From Octopus bimaculoides (lineage: Eukaryota): a stretch of DNA of 40,968 bases. The notes under the pieces were generated by a model that worked only from the letters and a program-made list of their open reading frames with translations, was not told the origin of the DNA and ran no database searches. How positions within the stretch are numbered: position 1 is the stretch's first letter; the number at the start of each line of letters is the position of its first letter. Of the stretch, positions 10,440 to 21,500 are shown piece after piece. The position numbers and the translations under genes are program-made. The stretch is from positions 35,557,161-35,598,128 of the forward strand of contig NC_068996.1 in the NCBI RefSeq assembly GCF_001194135.2, given 5' to 3'.

Positions 10440-11100
10440 AAGTCTACCCATCACACTTCTTGGTCCATCATCACTGCCTCAAGGTCCTGGATACATTCCA
10501 GGCTAGTGTCTACGATCAAGTTAGCAATGTAAGTGTAACCTCTATGTTAAAAAATACCAGCCCTGAATTGTGGGAGGTTGGTGTGCGCTAGATGCAAGCT
10601 ACAACAAACCGCTTCATTGGATTTACGCAATATCTGCCTCACTGAAGGAGATACTGTCTCTACTAATGAGGACATGCAATCTACAGAAGGAGTATGCAAC
10701 GTGTGTCAGTATTCAGATATTGAAAGCCCCTCCCCACCAAAAAAAAAAAATATGAGGCATCTAAGAGAACGCTTGCTCCAGGAGATAGCAGAGGAGAGCC
10801 AAAGCAAAGGTGATCACTGCACAAAAGCTTAGAGTTAGGCTGCCAGGTTTTTGTAGTTATCACTCTGCAAAGCTCCCACTTGGAATCAATTGTGCAGCAA
10901 AGAGTAGGGGGTCTTATGTTCCATCACTGAAGCTACAGAGAAAGCCACTAAATGGCTTTGGATGAAGAGGGTAAACCTGTAGCCTTGTTTCTGCTGGGAC
11001 TTGAAAACCTTGACAGGGTTTACACGGTGAGAGCGTCTGATAACGAAACCCTCCAAGACCTCCAGGAATATCACAACATTGAGGATGCAGCTCGGAACAT
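10440..11100 (+). mobile_element. HERO-like (R2 superfamily, RLE) non-LTR retrotransposon 3' remnant
   Basis: Manual translation gives RERLLQEIAEESQSKG, ELGC (10832-10843) and EATEKATKWLWMKR (10929-10970), resembling the recalled HERO C-terminus (EVGCRGF...EAAEKASRWLW.KR). Heavily decayed; not database-checked. Confidence 0.55.
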
Positions 11101-11226
11101 CTTATAGATGCATCTTGGAATTATATATATTTCATCTACATGTATATTTAGACATATGTACAAATATATTTATCTTCTTTATTTCCTTTGTTTTAGCCCT
11201 TACCGCAAGGGTCCCCTTAAATGACT

Positions 11227-11270
<44 letters not shown>

Positions 11271-11759
11271 CATATATACACACATTCCTAGACATATACG
11301 TCCGTACATATATATATATATGTACATACGGTATGTAGTTATATACATACACATTTACGTGTCTCTTTCTCTCTCTCTCTCTATATATAGAGAGAGATGG
11401 TGTATATAAGAAAGTTTATCAGCAGTACCTCTAACAAGTCAGTAATTATTAGTACTTTTTTTTAATATTCGAACAAAACGTAAAAACAACCTATACTATG
11501 CGACTCTAGTCGATTGATTACAGAAGGTATTGAGAACTACTCTTGCATCAGACTAGTGAGGGTCAACTTTCGTTGTTATTTTACTACTTTCAATTTATAT
11601 GATGATATATACATATAGTATGGTCATATATGAGTACCGATGGTTTATTAATTACTAAATGCCTGTCTCCCTCGTGTTTAATGCTAGCTTTACTCTTTCA
11701 ATAAAGTGTATCACCTTATTAGTGAGTGTGTGTCTGTGTATGTGAGTGTCACGCTAAAT

Positions 11760-12430
11760 AATAATCCACCTCAGCAGCAGCCACTACCCGCTGCAGCTTC
11801 TACCTTCTACGTGAGCCGCTATTATTACTGCTGATTATTATTTCAAGCTGGTCTCTTCGTTTTTCCATGCCGGGGGCTTAGCAACCAGCTTACGGAAGTT
11901 ACCGAAATTGTACGAAAACTTGTAAGTGCATCATGGGTAATATTTCGCCTATACCAGAATCAGTGATGATGCAAATGGCGTCTTTATTGTTTGACTGACT
12001 GGACTCGCAAATCCTTTCATTGTCAGCTACTTGGGTTTGTGTTTAAGCTCATCGTGGCATTTTTCAGGGTTCTGCTAAAGGTAAGTTGCGATGATTTACC
12101 CTTCTTTGGAGGATATTTGAAGCTCTATAACGGGCGATAACTAAGATTGAATTTAGATTTTCAAAATGGCGAAAGTCACGCGGTTACTGCCCCTGTACAG
12201 GGGCGACAATTTTTGCGTTAGTTTTTGCCGGTCTTACTTGCTGGGTGACATGGGTTTTCTTACTGAACTTTAATCCTTAATCCTTCAACTTCATTTTGCT
12301 ATATTGGAAGATGTATTTGCTGCTTTACTTTGCTTGTAAAGCGGCTTTGTTCAATGCCGGAGTTGCTATTCTGTCTCTTGTTTCTGTCCTCTTGACGAAA
12401 CACTAAATGTGAATTAAAATGGCGGCTACC
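11760..12430 (+). promoter_or_regulatory. Probable promoter / non-coding first exon of the zinc-finger gene
   Basis: Local CpG enrichment; ETS-like CGGAAGT (11893-11899); Staf/ZNF143-like TACCCATGATGCAC on minus (11926-11939); YY1-like AAATGGCG at about 11973, 12162 and 12416; strong donor AAG|GTAAGT at 12081. Confidence 0.65.
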
Positions 12431-15397
12431 AATTATCTTACGATATTTTGATGCTTATTCATTTTGTGCTGCGTGTGTGCCTTTTAATATTTACGTGCAT
12501 GTGTGTGTGTGCGCGAGTGTTTTGATTGGGATGTACGTTAGGTGTACTTAATTGCTATATTCTTTATGCCAGTCGATTCCTCATAATAATGTCGTCTTCA
12601 CCTAATTTCACTTTGCTATAAATATATCTAGCTATCTATATATACTAGACATCAGTTGACCGATATTGCTTGTTTCTGATTTTTTTTTGTTTTTCGTTTC
12701 GTTGATCTGTACATATGGATGCGTAACAAGAGTTGAAAATAGTAAATCATTTATATAATATGCTTTTATGTTACTTTTGAACGGCCAATTACAGTAATTA
12801 AAAGTCTATCTATAGAAAATTTCGCCATAACAGAATTAAGTGCGCAGTCTTCTTTCATAATGTAAGCTGGTGTTTCAGGCAAATGTCAGCATATTTCTCC
12901 TTCTCCAGGTACTTGATGTCTTGTAGCAGGAGTTATTTTGTTAAAATATTTCATTTTATAAAGCCCATTAGTCATCTAATGGGATTTATAATGTTCTTTG
13001 TCTTCTTTTCAATTTAGTAATTTTTGTTCGACATTATACAAAAATTTATTCCAAGTTCGACTTTTTTTTTCATCGTTGTATCAAATCAGAAATATGTGAA
13101 ACGAAATAAATAAAAAAAAATTAAATATAAAGCTATTTGTCTTAACTCGTTTGAAATCGGACAGATTTTTTTCCCCAATATAATAATTTATCAGATTGTA
13201 TCTTTAAATAAATTATATTCCAGGAAACTGATTCTATTTTCATTGAAAATCTGTTTATGATGTATTGTAACGATTTTTCTCACTATAAGGAACTTATTTA
13301 AAATATTCTGATTATGTGTCTTTATCACGAGGCTCTTAAAATTCCACGTTTTTGCTCAGCCCAGACCTGTCTGTGGTGGTGGTACGCTGCTGCCGCCGCC
13401 ACCACAGCTGCACCTACCCATGATCATAATAATGTTTGTGAACAGCTTCAAACTATATTAAATTCAGTCTTAGCTGTCTTGTCTACGTGTTTGCTGACTG
13501 TCATCTATTTCTTCAATTTTCTATCATCTTTATGGACGAGAAAGTTGTTAGTGCTCAAAAACATTAACGGAAGTTGTCATATATGTATATCCTGTTAGAA
13601 ATTAGTCTTAGTACCTCTTCCCGCCAAGAATTGGTGGGGGCCCACCTACCTATATGCTAATTGTTAAATAACTTCTTCATCACAGAACAAGGATAATATA
13701 GTGAATCGTATTATTATTATTATTATTGAGAAAAACAGACTTTAAAAGATTAAGTCCAGTTACTCTGTTAAATGTAATATCACTACTTACTGTTTACATT
13801 TGTGAGTATGATCTAATTTATTTCCTATTAGAGTTGTTTAGATAAAAAGAATTCAATTGCTTTTTTTTTTAACTTTAACAATTATATTTATAGATTACTA
13901 GATAGCCTCTTTCTTAAATTTATATATGATTTTGCTATTGCAGCTAAAGAAATGTGTGCTTTTGATACATACCCTTTGGTCGATTATTCCTTTCTAACCG
14001 ACTGATTTACCTCTCTTTTTTCCTAACTTATCTTTTCTTCGTCTCAATATATTTCAACATAAAAGCCATTTTATAAATACTGGATCGGTGACCTTCCTTT
14101 CGATTAGAATTTTATCTTGTATCAAGGTCAAGTCTCTTCATGCATGTAGAAAATAACCTAAAACTAATATTTACTAGCCCCTTTATATATTTTCGTTATT
14201 CTCAATGTATTCCCCGTAAGAACGTTCTTAACTCCAAAGATTGTTTCCCCCTTTTATTTTTTTTAGTTATATTATTCCATTCCTTATATTTGTACACGTG
14301 GTTAAGTCATTTTGCTTATATAGTTACATAGTAGTATTTAATAGTCTTGCAAGATAAAGCTTGTTAATTTATTAGAAGGTCCAATATGTTTTTATTGAAC
14401 CAATTATCTTTAATTGAGTAAACTGTTTTCTCGTGGAAAACTTTATAGGGGACATAACTGATTTTTGGGAAATGTTGTTTATAAATGGACGTTCGTTTCA
14501 TAAAATATCCGGCTTATATAAACACGTATGGTGATTTCTAAGTTAAATAGCAAATCAACTTGTGATAATTATATATTTCGAAAAATTAGGCTAGGAGATC
14601 TGTGAATTTAAAATTCTTCTCCTGCTTGCTGCTGGTGAAATCGACTCTTTGTAAACAATTTCATTTTGAAAATGTTTAATATTACCATAACCCATCTATC
14701 GTTGTACTTCGTGTGTACGGATATTTTTTTTTACCCGGAATGTGGTTCTACAGTGAAAACGTACATAATGTGGTTGTATGTGCTGTGAGAATATCAAATT
14801 AATAATAAAATCACCTTTGGAAGAAATGTGTTGGTTTTAAATATAGATATAGAAGTTTCAATCGCTATTAAACGTTACCTAAAATTATGATGGAATTTCT
14901 GAAGACATAAATTTCTATATGATATTGAAGATTTTTTTTTAAGCTGTAGATGAAGTGAAGAGGAAGCAAGACCGATTTAACTGGTTGCTTATTAGAAGTT
15001 TGTTTAAAATGCTAAATTCTGTTAACGTAATTCATAAAGTTCTCTCGATAGATGTAATCGCTGTTTCATCATAGTCAAATAATAATCCAATAATTCAGGT
15101 TCTTTAATTTTCTGTCTAAAAAATTACAAAGTTTTCGGAACAAAGTTGTGTGGATAATTACAAGATCTCTTAAATTTGACGGTGGCCTTTAAATATGAAA
15201 GGTGGTTAAAGGCCTCCCCCCCCCCCCCAACAACTTGCACGTCAAGTCATGTTTTTTATAGTTGACAGTGGTGATAAATTTCGATTATTTTGTGATAGTT
15301 GAATATATAAAAATTTATTTGTGTATGTGTGTGTGTATGTATATATATGTTGTTTTGGTTTGCGTCCTTTGCTTACATTTATCTCTCTTTTTAACAG
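12081..15397 (+). other. Probable 5'-UTR intron (GT...AG)
   Basis: Donor aag|gtaagt at 12081; acceptor atctctctttttaacag|g at 15397. Additional internal exons cannot be excluded. Confidence 0.6.
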
Positions 15398-15584
15398 GTG
15401 AATTAATTCAAAACTAATGATTTGAAATATCAAATAATAACAATCAACAAGAAATAGCGTTAAACGCCTTCTGTAATATGTAGTATTGAGAGTTAAGCAA
15501 TTGCTATACATGGAATATAGTGACTTAACAGGGAAAGCTGGCCATAAAAAATAAAGGATTCTCTTTGAAAATATTTTTTATAAA

Positions 15585-18500
15585 ATGGAAATATCTGGAA
15601 ACAACCTTCCTCAGTCAATAAATCCAGATACAATTCAAACTCAAGATGGTAGTATTCAAATTCCATCAACCCATGTTGGATCACTCACATCTGAATCTCA
15701 TGCAGTAACTGATGTGGATATCATTTCTGGGACTTCTCTTAGTTCTGTTCCTGGTACCATAGTTACATCGGCTGGTGTTCAGCAAACGCAAACTGTTCTT
15801 GTCTCACCAGAGTTATTCACTACATTACCCCAAGTGCAGCCAACATCAGAAGGTATAGAAACTACTGAAGTTACTAGTACCACACTTGGTGGCGTTACTT
15901 ATGCTTTTATCAAAGGTTTGGATAGTAGTCTTGGTAGTCAGGCAACATGTATCACTACACCAAAATCCATACTCACAGGACAGTCTGGCGGTATGGATGT
16001 AGAGTTGATCCCTGTAGATAATGTAGCCCTTCAAGTGATGGCTGTTGAAACTAAATCTAATGATAAAGAAAAAGACCAAGATAAAGATGATGGCTCATCC
16101 ATCAAACACCAAATGATACAGCATGCTGTTCTTGTTCAAGATCCTAATAGTCAAATCTCTTCTCTTACTGGCAAAGATACAGAGTTTATGACCACTTCTG
16201 GTAATGTTAGTCTATCTGTAAACAACACCTATGTTTGCGAAGATGGTAGTACAATTGATAGCACACCAATACAAATCACTTCAAAAGATTCAAAGATGGA
16301 AGAGAAAAATCCTGCTTTAGAAGCAGCCATTCAAGAAACTTATTTTCAACTGGACCATAATATGCTAAAATCTAGTGGTGTTGACCTGAATAAAGCAACA
16401 TTGCAAGCATCTGCTGATGGTGCACAGTTCTTTGTCATTGACTTGAGTGAAACTGAAGTTCAGAATTCCATTCCAATGGAAATAGAAACTGAACAAATAA
16501 TCAAGGAGGAAACTGTAAGTATTGATTCATCAGCAATGAATATTGACTCAAATAATGATGAGACCAATGAAGTGCCTACTGAGTCATCACCTTATTATGT
16601 TGTTCAGCATGTGACAAAAACGGATTCAGATCAACCAGAAAAGTATTTTCCAATTAAGCAGTTACCAGCAGATTTAAAAGGCTTGGTGTCTCTTTCTCCT
16701 GATATTAAATCTAAAGAAACACCAGTAGCTATTTCCTTGCAAAAAGATTTGGAGGCAATGCAAAAATCAGTGGCAAAAGAAGGAGATGTGCTTTCAGTTG
16801 ACCCGAAAGCTTCTAGTAATGAATTGCTTATCACCAATATCCAAGGGGGACATGAAGTAATAATGGTTGATATTGGTAGTGCAGCATCTATTGTTACTGA
16901 GACAATAAAAACCTCTACTGATGCAGAATTTGAGGGAACTGAGCAAAAAGACGATGATCAACAATATGTATTTGATGTTGTTGGTTCCGAAGAACAGTCA
17001 GCAGGCAATTTATTAACAGCTAAATCTGGCTCTACTCTTTTGACAACCACTTCAACTGTGACCAGTACTCTTGGATCAATAACCACAACATCCATTAATA
17101 CACAGGCTGCTTCCAAATTTAGAGATGCTGGTCAGCAAACTGAGAAATCTCGGCAAGCAGCTGAACAAAAACAATCTGTACAATCAGCAGCATTGCCGCC
17201 AAAGCAGACTGTAGTCTCACAAGCTGTATCTCAAGCTAAGCAAGTTCAGGTTCAGTCTACATCTTCAAATCCAGTTGTATCTTCTCAGCAAGTTCAGCTT
17301 ATTAATAAACAAGCTGGACAGTCTACATCTGCTTCTACACCATCTACAATTAACACCTCTAAACAGTTGCAGGTAACATCTCAATTGCCAACAAAACAGA
17401 CATATATATTTGCTCCAAAACCAACTCAGATGGCACAAACCTCATTACTGAAACAGGCACAAACAACTCAGCAAACTTTGCTTAAACAACCAGTAACAAG
17501 TGCAGCTTTGCCGAAATTGGACCAATCACAGCAAAGTACAGTTTCTAAGTTGGTTACATCACAGCCAATCACTTATACTCAGGCTAAACAATCTTCACAG
17601 CTCCAGTCAGCAGTTACTCAATCTAAACTTGTACCTTCCAAAGTATCACTAATATCTGCACCTAGACCATCGACTGTAAGCTCACAGACAATAACAATAA
17701 AACAGCCACAAGCTCAACAGGTTTCTTTACAACAGATGGCTTCAATGTCTAAAACAGGGCAGTCCTTACTTCAGCCGTCACAAGAACCTCAAGTACAATC
17801 ATCTGTAAAGACCACGCCTGTGCAGTTGAAGCAGACAGTTACTCAGCCAATAACACTTCCACAATCTAAACAAATTGTACTACAATCATCCACCACATCT
17901 CTACAAAAACAGACTCAACCCCAACAGATTACTACATGGCAAGTCCAATCGCCAGTATCAAAACCAGCACAGTCGGTACAAGTTAAACCAGGTCTCCAAG
18001 TTTTACAGCCAAAACCCGTTCAGCGTTTACAACCAAAAGAAGGAGTGCAAGCACAAGCCAGCATTCTGCAACAACAACAACAGCCTAAGCAAATAGCAAA
18101 ATCTCCAACAACACAAGTGCAAATGACTTCTACACAACAGTTGTCAGCTAAAACTACAACTGCACAACCAGTAACAAAACAAATTATTGTACAACAGTCT
18201 CCGAAAACAGTTACAGTGCAACAGCAGCAGTCCACTAAACCAATTACTGTACAACAACAACAGCAGTCTCCTAAAACAGTTACTATACAGCAGCAGCCTT
18301 CTAAACCAGTAACAGTACAACAGCAGCAGCCTTCTAAACCAGTTACAGTACAGCAACAGCAGCCTTCTAAAACAGTTACTATACAGCAACAGCAGCCTTC
18401 TAAGCCAGTTACAGTACAGCAGCAGCTTTCTAAACCAGGTACAGTACAACAAACTCCAAAGTCAATTATAATACAACAACCAGCCAAATTGGTCTCGGCA

Positions 18501-21500
18501 CAACAGCAGCCAGTAAAATCAGTTACAGTACAGCAGCAAGTACCAGTAAAATCAACAGCTGTTCAACAACAGCAGCAGCCTACTAAAACAATTTCAGTGC
18601 AACAGCAATCTGAAAAGCCTGCAGTGGTGCTACAGCAACCTGCCAAGTCTGTTACCCTTGTACAGCAACCTGCAAAATCTGTGACTTTGGTACAGCAACC
18701 GCCTTTAAAAGTAACATCCTTGCAACAACAGCAGCAGCAAACCACAAAATCTGTAACTGTGCAACAGCAAACTGTAAAGTCAACAACTTTGTCTCAGTCA
18801 GAGCCAGGTAAAACAACTGTAACACAGCTGCCAGTTAAGGCTGTTGTCTCACCACAGACGCAAAAACCTATTGTTGTGCAAGTGCAAAAGCCAGTACAAA
18901 CAACACAAGCAGCAGTGACCCAAGTTTCATCACAAACATTGAGACCATCGCAGCCTGCTGTCACTACTTTAGTTTCTATTCCATCACAGCAACAATCACC
19001 GAAAACTGTAACTGAAACACTTGTTGGTCAGCAGCAATCAGCAAAATCAGTTAATGTTCAGCAGTTAGTTAGTCAACAAGAACCTATTATTCAGAAGCAG
19101 GTGGTGTCAGCTTCATCTACATTACAACAACCACAGTCTAAAATCTTATCTGTCACTCAACCAGCTTCCACGCAACCTAGCACGGTACAACAGCAAACCT
19201 CAAGACTACATGAAAGTGTGCCAAAAGGCCAAACTCCAGAATCAAAAATATTCTCAGATGTTAAATCTAAAGATCAACAACAATCATCCACTGCACAGTC
19301 GCAACAGCTTAAAAGTATGAAATCCTTGGTAGTGCAACCAGGGAGAACTTCAGAAACTGTACAAAAGGAAAAATCTTTAGGAACAGAAACAAAAAGAACA
19401 GAAGCAGTGTTGAACACCGTAAAGAAAGCAGTGGTATCACAGGAAATGGGGAAGAAACCGGAACATGTGCAAGATGTTCAGAAACAGACAGAATCGTTAC
19501 AGAAGGCTGAGAAGAAGTCAGAAGATCATAGTAAGGAATCGGGCACACCACCTGTGAGTGTTAAAAGAACAGAGATACCACAGGAAGCTGGGAAGAAAGC
19601 AGAGCATTTGCAAGATACTGCAAAGAAAACAGATGTTGGGAAGAAAGTGGAACTGTCAAAAGAGGCTGCAAAGAAAATGGAATCATCAAATGAGGCTGCA
19701 AAGAAAATGGAATCATCAAATGAGGCTGCAAGAAAAGTGGAGCCACCAAAAGATGTTGGAAAGAAGGTGGAATTGCCAAAAGATGCAAAAAAAGTTGAAC
19801 CACTAAAAGATGTCTTAAAGAAGGTCGAACCACCAAAAGATGTTCCAAAGAAAGTGGAACCACCAAAAGATGTTCCAAAGAAAGTGGAACCACCAAAAGA
19901 CGTTCCAAAGAGGGTTGAACCACCAAAAGATGTTGGAAAGAAGGTAGAAACACCAAAAGAGGTTGCAAAGAAGGTGGAGCCTCCAAAAGAATCTGCATCA
20001 AAAGTAGAAGTACCAAAAGATACTGCGAAGAAGGTGGAAGTGTCAAAAGATGCTGCCAACAAAGTAGAACCACCAAAGGATGCCACAAAGAAAGTGGAGC
20101 CACCAAAAGATATTGCAAAGAAGGTGGAACCTCCAAAAGATGCTGCAAAGAAGGTAGAGCCACCGAAAGATGCAGCAAAGAAAGTAGAGCCACCAAAAGA
20201 TGTTCCAAAGAGGGTTGAACCACCAAAAGATGCAAAGAAGGCAGAACCACCAAAAGACATTGCAAAGAAGATAGAGCCATCAAAAGATGCAGCAAAAAAG
20301 ACAGAACCACTGAAAGATGCTGCAAAGAAAGTGGAGCCACCAAAAGATGCTGGAAAGAAGCTAGAGCCACCGAAAGATGGTGCAAAGAAGGTAGAGTTAC
20401 CAAAAGATACTGCAAAGAAGGCAGAACTACCAAAAGATGCCACAAAGAAAGTGGAACCACCAAAAGATGCTGCCAAAAAAGTGGAACCACCAAAAGATGC
20501 TACAAAGAAAGTGGATCAACCAAAAGATGCTGCAAAGAAAGTGGAACCTTCAAAGGATGTTGGGAAAAGGGTGGAGCCACCAAAAGATGCTGTAAAGAAA
20601 GTGGAATCACCAAAAGATGCTGCAAAGAAGGTAGAGCCACCAAAAGAACCTGGAAAAAAGACAGAGTTGCCAAAAGACACTGCAAAAAGAGCTGAACCTA
20701 TAAAAGATGCTGGGAAAAAGGTAGAAAGTGTGAAAGATGCTACGAAAAAGGCAGAGGTACAAAAAGATATTGGGAAGAAAACAGAACCTGTGAGAGATAC
20801 AGTGAAAAAGGTGGAGTCACCAAAAGATGCTCCGAAAGTAAAAGATGTTGGAAGAAAAGCAGAAGTATCAAAAGATACTGGGAAAAAGACCGAATTTGCC
20901 AAAGATGTTGAGAAGACAGAATCACCGAAGAAGGTGGAGGTGTCTCAGGAAACTGTAAAGAAGGCAGAATCTTTGAAGAAAGCAGAAACAACAAAGGAGA
21001 CAAATCAGCAAACTTCTATGACAAAAACTGTTGGGGAACCAAAACAAGCTGAGTCAGTTAATAGACAGGAATTAAAATCTATATCTATTAATAAACCAAA
21101 AGAAGATGCAGTTGTAGCTGGCCAGATACAGACAGTAAAGGTACAAGTACCAATGTCCAGTGTTTCAAAACAAGTAGGGGAAACTAACAAGGAAGTGCAA
21201 CAAGTTGAACCACCTCAAAAGATACAAAAGTTTGACTCTCCAAAATACCAATTAAAGTCCACCACCAGTGCTGCAGGACATCATTTAGGAGTTGTCAGCA
21301 TTCCAGAAATGACTGTTACTACACAAGCAAATCAAGCAGTTGTTGGTACTCTAGAAAGTCAAGTGGAGGTTGTGAGTATGCCAAGTAACCAGGTAGAGAT
21401 TGTCAGCACTCCAAGTAACCAAGTAGAGATTGTCAGCACTCCAAGTAACCAGGTAGAGATTGTTAGTACTCCGAGTAATCAAATAGAAGTTATGAGCACC

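Noticed and set aside
11963-11998. C-box (gtgatga) and D-box (ctga) pair suggesting a snoRNA
   Set aside because: Only about 36 nt apart with no terminal stem; too short for a C/D snoRNA.
13370-13415. GCC-rich motif similar to 30404-30421 (acgctg..gccgccaccaca)
   Set aside because: Low-complexity triplet sequence; the match is short enough to be chance.
18020-18487. Cys-rich antisense ORF (CCCTVTGLEG repeats), superficially keratin-associated or metallothionein-like
   Set aside because: It is the reverse-complement shadow of the CAG/CAA-rich QQQPSKPVTV array.
19526-20902. Antisense ORFs of 310-316 aa (FGGSTFFAAS and Leu-rich repeats)
   Set aside because: Shadows of the KKVEPPKDAA minisatellite, which lacks stop codons in those frames; no independent evidence of expression.
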